A stretch of 62,961 nt of DNA, filler included, from Stramenopiles sp. TOSAG23-3 (Eukaryota), in assembly GCA_900128585.1 (NCBI GenBank). It is 7 parts of 7 records of this genome, joined end to end, with 100 filler letters (N's around TTAATTAATTAA, not from the genome) between each part and the next. Parts side by side here need not be neighbours in the genome. Positions count along the whole stretch, not along the records: positions 1 to 8,916 come from LT642965.1; positions 9,017 to 17,930 come from LT642966.1; 5 more parts are not named here. One strand, written 5' to 3'. The first letter of the stretch is position 1, and every line of letters starts with the position of its first letter. Below the pieces are notes generated by a model that had not been told where the DNA came from, ran no database searches, and saw nothing but the letters and a program-made list of their open reading frames with translations. Position numbers and translations under genes: made by a program. Shown piece after piece: positions 1 through 11,033 of this stretch.

Positions 1-194
1 AAAAAAAATAATAATAATAATGAATGAATGATCAATTATAAAGAACGAATGATAAATTAAAAGAGAAAATATCACACACGCTATATAACGTTTTGCATAT
101 TTAGTGCCTTAACAATGAACGAAGAAGCGGAAGAAAGTTACAGATTTGTTGCTATCGTTTCTTGTCATTAGAAGAACGAAAGTGGACACAAGCC

Positions 195-626
195 ATGTGG
201 GCGTTGCGAAGTGTCCCCCAGCTAGCAAGGGCAAGCGTTCGAGGGGCGGGTGGCGTTGGGGGTCTATGCAGTAAGCTTTTTGGCGGTGCCCACTGTTCCG
301 CTGGTGCAATTCTGTGTGTCCGGCCGTACGCCTCTGTAAATAAAAGCAATAATAGTGGGCCCAAGTCGATCGGGCGAACGATGAAGAAAACGTTAAGGAA
401 GAAGAAAGAGCTGGAGAGGCCGACGGTAGACTCCACGTCCATATTCAGGTTTTCGAACCCGGAACTCTTCCTAGACACGAATAAGAAATCGACCTGGCAC
501 ATCGTTTATGCGTGTTGGTTCTTCTGCGCCACCGGATTGGGATACAAGTACTACCAGGATTATTATGCTTCGGCAAAGAAGCCAGAGGACGCGCAGGGGC
601 CCGTGAGACCGGACGGGAACTGGTGA
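195..626 (+). CDS. SMIM8/DUF4500-like small mitochondrial membrane protein
   Basis: ATG at 195; Arg/Ser/Ala-rich presequence-like N-terminus; IFRFSNPELF motif followed by one C-terminal TM helix, resembling the NPELF motif of SMIM8. The stop overlaps a GTGAGA donor-like site. Confidence 0.6.
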   Translation: MWALRSVPQLARASVRGAGGVGGLCSKLFGGAHCSAGAILCVRPYASVNKSNNSGPKSIGRTMKKTLRKKKELERPTVDSTSIFRFSNPELFLDTNKKSTWHIVYACWFFCATGLGYKYYQDYYASAKKPEDAQGPVRPDGNW

Positions 627-1271
627 GAGATAGAGGGAAGAGAATCACGGGGTGGGCGCGGAGCAAGCGTCCTATGCGCGTGCGTGTTCATAAATACAAA
701 ACGCTAATTTCTTTAAAATCAAAGAATTCTACTTTAAAAAAGCATATTTATAAAGTAAAACAAATTACAAGAAAAATTTGGCTGTTATTTTTTATAGTAA
801 TTAAAATTAAAGAAAAAAAGGTGTCAGTTCAAGAACAATGTCTCCTCCTATTACGGATCCTCCCCAAGTTCTGGTCGAGATTCCAAATTATACTTTAAAA
901 AAATTATATAACATAGTATGCTTATGCTTTAAGACTCTCATTTTAAATCAATTACTATTTCAGTTCCAACCCTAATCCTACTTATACTTTGATAATTATT
1001 ACATTGTACGGCTCCAAGGTTTGCTCTAGTTTGTAACTCGTACGCGTTTAGAGATTACAAAAATATGGGTTGTCTGGTTCGTATGATACTTCGTACACTT
1101 TTATACTACTACTCGTATCATATATGTTACGACGGCCCTCTCTCCGCTAATGGTTTGTCCCTTCCCGGCGACGCGTACGCTCCACTAAGAGACTACTATG
1201 GGGCGTGCCCAGCAAACGGTCCAAGAACCATTGTTTGGCGCACTCGGTGGTTTTGATGCTTAATTCACTAT

Positions 1272-2264
1272 TTAATGGTGTTCATTTGGGTCGTGGAAGT
1301 GGAACTTCTCTGCACCCGTGGCTGCCATGACGGTGTCGAAGATGGCGAACTGACCGGCAGTCAAAGAACCAATCATGACGCAACGTGCGCCCAAACCTGT
1401 CAAGCAAAGCTTCTTGAATCCCATTTCAGTGGCCAGGTTCATCAAGCGGGACACGATGCTTCCCGTTCCACCGGCAGTCTCGGACTTGTTGATCAAGGAC
1501 AACAAGGTATCGGCGGGGTGGGAGATGATGGCGGCGGCTACACCGGCAATGGTACCGGAGGTAAGGGCCATGGCCATCTTGGTGGATCCACTGGCTTTCT
1601 CCAGGTTGATGCCGGAGGAGGCGCACAGGATATCCTGGGCTTTCCCTTGCACGGCGAACTTAGCCATGGTGTACGGTACCTGTTTGAACAAGATTGGTCC
1701 GAAACCGGAGTAGAAGCCTTTCAAAGCGCCATCATGCTTCAAAATTTTTGGGAACGCAGACAACAAACCGCTGGCGAACTCTGGGTTGGAGACCAGGCGA
1801 ATACGGGTGGCTTCCAAGGGGCACAAGAAAATGTCAGCAATAAACTCGGCGCAGGCGGCGGAAAGGAGGTAGATCCCGGTTTTGTTGTTCCAGGCGGTCT
1901 CGTCTCCATACATCTTGGTCTGGTTGATTTTGAAGAACTCAACGCCTCCGAACTTGAACCAACCTTGGATAAAGTACCCAACGGCGGTGGGGCCCAAACC
2001 GGTGGCCAGCCCACCGATACCTTCTTCGGCAATTACTTGTTTGAAACCGCCCACCATCCCTTTGTTGTATTTGACAGGATCCAACTGGATACGGGTCTTG
2101 ACAACATCAACTGGGCAAAGGGCACCGTGGGTTACACCACAGCATACACCACCGGCAATGGCACCTTTGATGTAGTACGCCGTGCCGTACTTGCTGAAGT
2201 CGTAGGCGCTGGCTGGCGAAGTCGCAAGGATCTTCTTTTGGTTTTCTCTGCTGGCAAGGAACAT
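1272..2264 (-). CDS. Mitochondrial phosphate carrier (SLC25A3/MIR1 family)
   Basis: Three carrier repeats with PxD/ExxK/R-type motifs (CPVDVVKTRIQ, CPLEATRIR, HPADTLLS); family motifs THGALCP, GYFIQGWFKFG and KQVPYTMAKF. Confidence 0.95.
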   Translation of the reverse strand: MFLASRENQKKILATSPASAYDFSKYGTAYYIKGAIAGGVCCGVTHGALCPVDVVKTRIQLDPVKYNKGMVGGFKQVIAEEGIGGLATGLGPTAVGYFIQGWFKFGGVEFFKINQTKMYGDETAWNNKTGIYLLSAACAEFIADIFLCPLEATRIRLVSNPEFASGLLSAFPKILKHDGALKGFYSGFGPILFKQVPYTMAKFAVQGKAQDILCASSGINLEKASGSTKMAMALTSGTIAGVAAAIISHPADTLLSLINKSETAGGTGSIVSRLMNLATEMGFKKLCLTGLGARCVMIGSLTAGQFAIFDTVMAATGAEKFHFHDPNEHH

Positions 2265-4004
2265 TTTGATAACGCTGTTTTTGTTTTGAATACTAATTTT
2301 TTGGTTGAATTACTTCTTAATTGATAAATCAAACGAAACTGGTGTACATCCTTACTCGTATCGTTTCGTTTCGTTGTTTCTTTCCTATCTCTCTCTTGAA
2401 GTACATTAAGGGAAATGGCTAAATGAATCTTCGTTCCTTTTTTCTTTTTTTCTTGTTGTTATAATGAGTCTATTGTGTTAGTTACTTGTTGGTTGTTATT
2501 TTTTTATTATATTATTATTAATTATTATTAGACGACTATATTCTTGTTGTGTATTTTTTTATTTTTTTTTTATTTTTTTTATTTGTTGTTGTTGTTGTTG
2601 GTTGCTATTAGTATATGAATTATGTGTATTTTAATTATAATGAACTATAACTTATTATTAGCCACAAAACACAAAAGAAAGATTAATAATAATATAATAA
2701 ACCTTATTAAGAATAAGAATATATATAGTAGTTATGCATTAAAATATATTATTATTTCAGTACATAAATATATTGAAAACAAACAGTTTCCTCACCATCC
2801 ATCCTACTAAAATAAAATACCAAGGAATACTACCTTGGAAAACAAAATAACTCTAGAAGAAGGAAGGAAGAAGCGAAGAAGGAAGAAGGAAGAAGCTGGA
2901 GTTTGTGAAAATTAATAACAAAAATAACAATATCATCCCAACCTACCTATCATATGAAATATTATAATAGAAGTATCATTATTTTATTGGTTCTATTTCA
3001 GTATATTATAACGACGTTATGTATTTTATGCGTATTAGGTATTTCGTAGAAAATGAAGAAACCTGTAATACTACAGACGTATTTGTAATTATATGTAGAT
3101 TTAGTATATATATATTCCTATGTAAATACACTCTTATTTTCCTCGACATTCTAAAAATCTTGGCAATTATCCTGTTACCAAGGAACAAGGATAATGTGAA
3201 ATATAATTGCAACATTGATGTTGTCGTGTTGAATGTTTTTAATTGATTTATAAGAAGATACGCTACGGTACATGTATTAATACCGGTGCGGTACCAATAG
3301 AGACTAATAATTATTTAATCTGGAATTTAATTGATTTGTGTCTATCACACTCTCGAAGTCGTTCATAGCCTAATAAGCAGCATTAAAAATGAGCTGAAAG
3401 AATCGGATTTTAATAAAGGACAAGTTATTTTGTTGTGTCTCTCTCTTTTTTAGTAAAAATACTAATAAAATAATAATAACTACTAAAAACAAACTGAAGA
3501 TCATCTAAAGAGCTGCTTGCGGCGCTTTGTCTTTCACTCGTTTTTTTTTTGTGTAATATAAATGAATTTTTATTAATCGCCTAGCAGGTTCATAGCAACC
3601 ATTTTCAACCGCATCGGTCGGTCTCCGCCATTTTCTGTTGATGTCTACCTACCTCTCTTTTCTACCTACCTCTCTTTTTCTACCCATGACATGATCAAGA
3701 AAGTAAATCACCTGCTAACACGATATAATACCCACCGCAGTACCACCACCACTACTACAGGTTTTTTTTATTTATTTATTATTTAAATGACGGTACTATC
3801 TTCTGTACAGAGTAGTAGCAATAGGTGTTTGCTGACCTTGTTATTATTATAAAACATGGACACCACAACTGTATTAAAACCACACTTTTGTCTGATACAC
3901 TCAAAAGAAAACTAAAGAAGACAATTCTTTTATTAAAACCAAACCAAATTAAAAACAAAACAGTTGAAAAAAATAACAACAACACTTAATGCCTCCCTCA
4001 ATAC

Positions 4005-4901
4005 ATGGAATATATAACGTCCTCGCATTTCATTCGTTCAACTATAAAGTGCGATGTCAGCAGCAACGAATTGCACGCGCCCTTTTCCATCGCTACAAAG
4101 ACAAATGGGCTATCAATTCAGATATCTCAGAGGCCCCTATTCCAATGCCTATTCGGATACGTCTTTCTAGGCCAATGGGGATCTTGTACCGTGGTTGTAA
4201 AATGTTACCATATATATTCCTTGAAGAGGAAGGTGTCCTTTCAGAATCCTCGTATTGAGCTGCCCCATGAGGACCCGATTGCAGAGATCAACCTATTGCA
4301 GAGGCTTTCTGAAAACCAACACGCCCGCCACATCTGTCCGGCTCTTCTTGGAGTTTTTGAATCGCCCAGTGGCTGGCTGTTCGCCGTCAGTGAAAATTGT
4401 GGGAACGACCTAACATTCGTGGCACCATCGAAACAAGCATACGCCAGGACGATCATGCACAGCGTTGTCCGTCACTGTCTTGTGTTGAAGCAGCAGTGCG
4501 GGTTGAGTCACAGCGATCTCTCGCTAGAAAACATTTGTCTCAAAGACGGGGACAATGTAAAGCTCATTGACTTCGGCCTTGCGGCCCCAGCCTTAAAAAG
4601 TACGACACGGAGGAGCGGGAAATTAATGTACATGGCCCCTGAGATTTTTCAGGCGGAAACGTACTATCCGGCAGAAGCCGATGTTTGGGCCCTGGGTGTA
4701 TGCCTCTTCCTCATCACGTATGGCCAGCCACCACAAAAGAGCGTGAATGGACCGTGGTGGCTAACATTTCTGGAGCAGGCCCAGGACTATCAAACGAAGG
4801 CCCCATCATTGCTGCACAGTTTGATGGCGTGCATGCTAACCGCCAAGCCTTCAGAACGAATACCTCTAGAGCAAATTTTGAGCCATCCCTGGTTTCTTTG
4901 A
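4005..4901 (+). CDS. Ser/Thr protein kinase (CAMK-like, HxDLSLEN type)
   Basis: VVVK, EDPIAEI (alphaC), HSDLSLEN, DFG, YMAPE, DVWALG and HPW motifs. Confidence 0.9.
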   Translation: MEYITSSHFIRSTIKCDVSSNELHAPFSIATKTNGLSIQISQRPLFQCLFGYVFLGQWGSCTVVVKCYHIYSLKRKVSFQNPRIELPHEDPIAEINLLQRLSENQHARHICPALLGVFESPSGWLFAVSENCGNDLTFVAPSKQAYARTIMHSVVRHCLVLKQQCGLSHSDLSLENICLKDGDNVKLIDFGLAAPALKSTTRRSGKLMYMAPEIFQAETYYPAEADVWALGVCLFLITYGQPPQKSVNGPWWLTFLEQAQDYQTKAPSLLHSLMACMLTAKPSERIPLEQILSHPWFL

Positions 4902-5347
4902 GCGGCCAGACAAAGCTTGAAAACAATATTCTGGCCAAAACAATTCATCCATAACTATATAATTTGTTTTTTTTTATATAAATACCAGAGCGCCAGTATT
5001 TTGTTTTTATAATTTGTTTTTAAAACTTATTATATTATTAAAACCACGCGGTTACCGAAGAAAGTAAAACTATTTTAAGAACAAGAAAATTGGCTGTTTT
5101 GAAAAAAAAACACTGGCTATTATTTAAGTAAAATTAAAATGTGTACTGCGAACTAAACTCTACTGGTGTAAAATTTAGTGTAATCAATCACTCCATTAAA
5201 GATGTGAATGATTCCTTCTCTGTGTGGTTTTAAGAATTTTAAATTTTCGCTGTCTTGAGATTTTACGAGTGTCAGTATATCGATTAGATTTTACGAGTAT
5301 GATACAAAAAACACAAATTTTAAGAATTTATACGCGGGCTCGCATTT

Positions 5348-8188
5348 TTATTGCTTCGCCTTCCCCCCTTTGGCCTTCCCTTGATGTATCAAAATTGCAC
5401 GGCGTGCCCTGTCTGCTTCTTTCACGCGTTCTTGCCTGGCGAGAACGGCCTGCCGCTTCCGTTCTTTTTCCCGAGCCATTTGCGCCCCACTTTTATATTT
5501 CTTCTTCTTGTCTATTTTAGCTACGTTCGTTTTCGCCATCGATCGGGCCTCTTCTATTGAGATTTTTGCCCGCTTGCCTGCTTCAAGGCGCCGGGCAACT
5601 GCCGGGGGCGGGGGTTTGGTGGCCTGGCCGACACCTCCCATGTCCACTTCCCACGCCTTTGTCATTCCGCGCGTGCTTGGGACCTTAGGAACGTCTACGA
5701 CCAGCGTTGCCGGATTGTCGGACGGTACGTCGTCCTCGTCCTCGCTGTCGTCCGCGTCCCGTATCTGGCTTTCGTCCTCGTGCGTCAACTCTTCCAGCGT
5801 CCGCAAAACCTCGTTCGCCTCGTCCAAGGCAGACATAAAGTTTTCCTCGCCCGTGTCTAGTTGGGCGCCCATTTCGTCGAGCGTCTCCTGGGTCGTCGCC
5901 TCGGCCCTTGACAGGGCGAGCTGTGCTTCTGCTATCAGCGAGATCGGGTCCTCGTCCTTTGGGCCCGGGGACAGACCGAGAGAGTCCGTCGAAAACTCAA
6001 GCGCCACCTCGCTCTGGATATGATGCGCCACGGCGGCGGCCGCGGCGTTGGCTACCAACATGGTCTCTTCCTCGTCCTCCTCGCCCGATTTGACCTCCTC
6101 CCCTTCGGTGTTGGCGGCCTTGGGCGCCCCCTGCGTCGCGCCGCCGTAGCCTACTGCGACGTCTACCATCCCGGCGGGGCCTTTCGGCTTCTTGGCCCCG
6201 ACCTCAAACAAAAACAGGCTGTCCTCTTCCTCTGGCGTCAGCCCAGGCCCCTCCTCGTCCTCCTTCTGCTGCTTCTTTGCGGCGGCCACTTTCGCCTGCG
6301 TGGCCTTCTGGCGATCCCTCCGCATCTGCAGCCGCATCTGGATCCTGGCCTCAGACACTGCCGGTTTAGCCGGCTCGACCTGCTCCATCTGGCTGGCGTA
6401 CTTGGACAAGTACGATTGGTAGAACTCTTCCGGGTCGACCCCGGCCCTCTCCGCCGCCGTCCGGGAGGTGTTTCGCACCGGGCTGTTCGCGCTGGCCTCG
6501 GCCAGCTCCCCCGCGAGCTGGGAAAGCCCTGCCGAGATCTCCATCAGCGAGCGCTGGGGCGATCCGTCACCCGCTCCATGGGCGGCTGCGTCCCGCTTCG
6601 GGGTCGCCGGCCCTTCGTCAGTCTGGGAAGCGGTCGGAATCACCGCCAGGTTGGCGGCGGGGGCGGCGACGTTCGTCTTTATCCTGTACGCCATACTCCC
6701 GGAATCGTTCACTTGCACGTTGCTATCGTTGACGGAGAACGAGGACTCTTCGTCAACAAACATGCGCTCGAACGAATCCTCGGCGCCCTCCTGGCCGCCC
6801 GCCTTCGGCCAATTCGGGGCGTTGCTGTCCCGCGCGACGGCAAGGACCTGTGCCCGCTGGGCCTTCGCGAAGGCCTTCAGGCGTTCCGCGCGGTTCGACA
6901 TGTCGAGTATCTTCAGTTGCTTAGTGATGGTGGAGAACTCCTCATCCATCCTGAGCTTTTCGGCGGCCGTGCGCGACCGCTGCCGGGCCCGTTCTCGACC
7001 AAGCGCGGCGTCCGCTTCCCGCTTGGCCTCCCGCTCGATCTGACGCTTCCGGGCCAACAGCGCCCCCTCCGGCCCGCTCAGCATCGGGCCCCGGTTGACC
7101 CCCATCTGCAGCTCCGAGCGGTAGGCCGACTCGCCCGCGCGGTGCTGTCTTGGAGCGATGGACTCCTTCGAGACGTTCGGTGCCCCGCGCCCGGAGCCTG
7201 GTGCATGGTGACGCGTGACGGCGTGGTGGAAGTGCGTCTTCGAGTAGTCCACGATCCCTGGACCCTGGGACTGCACCGGGGCGATGATCTGCCGGACCAC
7301 GTCGGTGACGTCGTAGTCAACCTCAACGGTCTGCTGCTCTTGGACCTGCTTCTTGGCCTCGTCTATGGCGGCGCGGTACTGGTGCGCCTTGAAACGCTGG
7401 TGCTGCTGCTCGTTGACGCGGACGGTCTCCCGCTGTGCGGCCTCTTTGGCCTGTCGGCGCTGCTCGGTCTCCTCCGTCTTCTCCGCGTGGATGGCCTCCC
7501 TGTGCCGGGCCACGGTGGCGCGCTCGGAATCGTCCCACGCCCGGAGGACTTGCCGGGCCTCCTGTGCCTGCTCCCCAACAGTAACGGCCGCCTTTCGCTG
7601 CGCGTGGCCGATGTCGACGACGCTACGCTTGAATCGGCTCTCAAGGGTAACCATGTCCCGCTGGCGCTCGTCCTCCCACTCCTTGCGCTTCGCCGCGACG
7701 ACCTCTGCCTTTTTTTCCGCAATGAGCGCGTTCCGTTTCCGTATCATTTTCGCGGCGTACAGCTTCTCCTGGTCGCGGACCTGCTGTATGCGAAGCTTTC
7801 GGCGGGCCTCCATCTCCCGCTTTCGCACGGTCTCGAGCTCTCCCGGACTCAGGGGGATCGGCTTCCCCTTCGGGCTGGGTTTCCGCGCGTTCGGCGATAC
7901 CGGCGACTGGTTCTCCCCGAACAGCTTCCCCCCTTCAATGATGCCGTCCCGGACCCTGTTGACCAGCTTCTGCTCCCTCGTCTTCCCGGCCTCCTCCAAT
8001 TTTTCCTCTATTTCCCACCGATTAATCTTGCTGCTTGCGACGGACCGCGCGCCCCCTGCGCCGCCGCCACCCTGCTGGTCCGACGGGTACACTCCCCGGT
8101 TGATGTACGCGGCCAGCTCTTCTCGTGACCGGAACAACGTCGGGGGAAGCACCGAACGGCTAGTACGACTACTGGTGGAGGCCGACAT
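5348..8188 (-). CDS. Coiled-coil protein with CEP295/Ana1-like N-terminal domain
   Basis: 946-aa GC-rich ORF. LSPGE..EARRKLRIQQVRDQEK..EWE..L..IGHAQR..RHREA matches my recollection of the conserved CEP295 N-terminus (LSPNE..ERRRKLRLLQVREQE..EWE..GEGHRQA..RHKEAL). Confidence 0.65.
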   Translation of the reverse strand: MSASTSSRTSRSVLPPTLFRSREELAAYINRGVYPSDQQGGGGAGGARSVASSKINRWEIEEKLEEAGKTREQKLVNRVRDGIIEGGKLFGENQSPVSPNARKPSPKGKPIPLSPGELETVRKREMEARRKLRIQQVRDQEKLYAAKMIRKRNALIAEKKAEVVAAKRKEWEDERQRDMVTLESRFKRSVVDIGHAQRKAAVTVGEQAQEARQVLRAWDDSERATVARHREAIHAEKTEETEQRRQAKEAAQRETVRVNEQQHQRFKAHQYRAAIDEAKKQVQEQQTVEVDYDVTDVVRQIIAPVQSQGPGIVDYSKTHFHHAVTRHHAPGSGRGAPNVSKESIAPRQHRAGESAYRSELQMGVNRGPMLSGPEGALLARKRQIEREAKREADAALGRERARQRSRTAAEKLRMDEEFSTITKQLKILDMSNRAERLKAFAKAQRAQVLAVARDSNAPNWPKAGGQEGAEDSFERMFVDEESSFSVNDSNVQVNDSGSMAYRIKTNVAAPAANLAVIPTASQTDEGPATPKRDAAAHGAGDGSPQRSLMEISAGLSQLAGELAEASANSPVRNTSRTAAERAGVDPEEFYQSYLSKYASQMEQVEPAKPAVSEARIQMRLQMRRDRQKATQAKVAAAKKQQKEDEEGPGLTPEEEDSLFLFEVGAKKPKGPAGMVDVAVGYGGATQGAPKAANTEGEEVKSGEEDEEETMLVANAAAAAVAHHIQSEVALEFSTDSLGLSPGPKDEDPISLIAEAQLALSRAEATTQETLDEMGAQLDTGEENFMSALDEANEVLRTLEELTHEDESQIRDADDSEDEDDVPSDNPATLVVDVPKVPSTRGMTKAWEVDMGGVGQATKPPPPAVARRLEAGKRAKISIEEARSMAKTNVAKIDKKKKYKSGAQMAREKERKRQAVLARQERVKEADRARRAILIHQGKAKGGKAKQ

Positions 8189-8916
8189 GTCTTCTTCTTT
8201 TATGTGTCTAAAAAATGCTTACGTACTTCCAAAGAAATGCCTTTTCTTTCGTATTAAGTATAAATTCAAAATTATGTGTTGAAAGAAAGGCTAGCTTTTA
8301 TCGATTCCTGTTTAAAACCTTCGTGTTTTCTTCTTTGTCTTTCCAAATCGATCGATCGATCGATCGTTAACAATGACAATGAAATAATTAATCGAATCAC
8401 CTAATTCATTCTTCTATTAAAATTACCCACCCACTATAATATATATTAATTATAGTAATACTATTTCTTCTATTCCTCGTCGTATTTATTATTTTCACCT
8501 CCTCTCCTCTGTTGGTACTACGGTATATAGTATAAATGGAATAAACTTCTATGTACATAGACTAACATATACACTACAGTAATATTTTATAGAACTACGG
8601 TTCGTATTCTACCGGTTCGTACGTACTACGGAATGAAGTTCAAAGTAAGCCCTATATATTCCTATTACAAGAATAGTATAGGGGACCTTTGGAATCAATT
8701 TCAAATTCAAATATTTAAATTAGGATTTAATATTGAATTACAATTGAATATATTTTATTAATTAATTATATTATATCTAAATTTCATTATATTATTATTA
8801 CTAGTTATAGAATCATCTGTGCGAGCACACCTGAGACCTGAGAGAAGAAGAAGAAGAACCACATCACACATCACATCACATCACATCACATTATTGAACA
8901 TTTTTTTTTTTTTGGA

Positions 8917-9016
8917 NNNNNNNNNNNNNNNNNNNNNNNNNNNNNNNNNNNNNNNNNNNNTTAATTAATTAANNNNNNNNNNNNNNNNNNNNNNNNNNNN
9001 NNNNNNNNNNNNNNNN
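8917..9016. other. Artificial contig linker
   Basis: N44-TTAATTAATTAA-N44, which has stops in all six frames. Confidence 0.98.
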
Positions 9017-10227
9017 AAAGAAAGAAAGAAAGAAAGAAAGAAAGAGAATGTAATATAAAAGAAAAAGAATAATTAAATACTACAAATACATACTACTACA
9101 CTACATCATCATACATCATTACAATACAATTAATTTATAAATATGATGATGATGATGGAGAAGAAGAGACAGCACCGAGCTCCACCGTCATGGATGGTAG
9201 TGTGATAAAAATAAGAAATAATAGAATAAATACGTAGAAGACTATTAATTCTGTATCTATATAGGAATAATAAAGAGTATAAGGAAGAAGGGAATAATCC
9301 AATATATTTATATAGGTAATATATTAGTATACTTATTATACTACAATTACTTCTAGTTGATTTTATTTATTCGTACATCGATGTACTTTTTCTGTTGTAG
9401 TACGTACTATTCCTATGTATAGTTTCTGAAGGGGAAGAAAAGGAAATATAAAAAGTAGCGAAAAAGGAAGGGAGTCATCAATAATTAAGGAGTATATTTA
9501 TATGAATGATTTATAATGAATACTTTATATAACTAAACAGTACCATAAAAATAATCGAGCAGTTTTATGATAGGTATTTGATTGTTTGGAGACTAACATT
9601 TTGGTGGTTATGAAAAACATTATATATGATTTAAAATTAAAAAACATTACAATTGATATACATATCCTTAATATAGGAATAATAGAAGACATCCGTACTT
9701 CGAGCGAACGGTAATACGAATCAAATACTAAACATCGTATTGTATTGCTATTTTACCCTATTTGAAAAACGCATTCTCATTCTTACTTGGCTGGTAAAAC
9801 TCCCAAAGCCAGATGGAGTATTATATATACTACATAGCAAGGGGGAAGCGTTTCATCTTTAAAGATATAATGCAATAAAATAATAATATAAAATACCATT
9901 ATAGAGTACAGTAATAGCATGTATAAATAAATAAAAAAACATCAACAAGTTACCGTTAAGCAGTGAATGATGAAAGAAAGGCAACCGAATCCATTTTTCC
10001 ACATTTTATTCTGTGTGCTGTGCTCTTCTGCATTGCATGCATGGGTGTACCTTTCGTATAGTTAACATCAGAAAAGAATACTAAATTATTTTAATTTTCA
10101 AGAAGAAGATATACGAATATGTACTGTCTGTACATAAATCCCACAAAACTAAAAACCAATATCGATTTCATACCGTTACAATTAATTACACAGTCTAGTA
10201 CTGTATATACCCACGTATAATAAAGAA

Positions 10228-10274
10228 GAAACGAAACGAAACGAAACGAAACGAACGAACGAACGAACGAACGA
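10228..10274 (+). repeat. (GAAAC)n/(GAAC)n microsatellite
   Basis: gaaacgaaac...gaacgaacgaac seen directly. Confidence 0.9.
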
Positions 10275-11033
10275 AGAAAATGGAATTAGGTAGGGCGGGC
10301 AGGGAAGAAGAAGGAAGAACATAGAAAGAAGGAAGAGAGAGGATTTCCTACTTTGTTTTAATGAAGAAGGTGCCGGTGCCTGTCCATGAAAAGTACAAGT
10401 ATAATATATGTAGTGTTAACAAACAATACCTATATATATAGAAGAGAACATGGAATTTACTCACTGTGTAAACGTTAACTGTATAGATGTAATATAACAA
10501 TATAGGAAGGAGGGTGAAATGTGTGATGTGGTTGGTATTGGTGTGGTGGCTCAAAATAATTAGTATCATATAGAAATAGTATACAAGGCTTCTTTCTTGG
10601 TATTAATATACTAACTATATAGAACTGTACAAAATGTAATCTAAGAAAATACGATAAAAATAATAAAATGATGATATAATGATACTGTATAGATTTACTT
10701 ATTATTATATTATTATTATTTTTTATTATAAAATACCACTTCTCCTCTGTGTAAAAATATAATAGAAGAAGAAGAAGAATAAAAAAAGAAATAAAAATAA
10801 TAATAAAACAACGTTTTAACACAATAATATATAGTATAATATATATAAAGTTGTTTAAAATTAAACGTCGCACACCGATGGAAGAATGGGGGTGTGATTC
10901 GAAATGAAAGGAAAAGGATAAAAAGAGAACAGGGTAGAAGCGCTTTCGGAAAACACGAAACGCTTTTGTTTTTAGATACCGTTACACTCTAATACATTTT
11001 TTAAACAACCACTTGCGCTAGTACTGGACTCAA

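Noticed and set aside
6020-8128. 702-aa plus-strand ORF and other long antisense ORFs (e.g. 1275-2324, 54771-55670)
   Set aside because: These are shadow ORFs of GC-rich real genes and have no recognisable motifs.
8961-8972. Recurrent TTAATTAATTAA palindrome about every 9 kb
   Set aside because: It is always centred in N runs, so it is an artificial six-frame-stop linker.
9791-9820. Possible small H-type pseudoknot (CTGG/CCAG, ACTCC/GGAGT)
   Set aside because: Stems of 4-5 bp are expected by chance and there is no genic context.
10348-10873. ORFs in AT-rich spacers (also 2622-3246, 34516-34720, 40051-41488, 54405-54602)
   Set aside because: These are low-complexity Ile/Phe/Tyr/Lys translations of microsatellite DNA, often with non-ATG starts.
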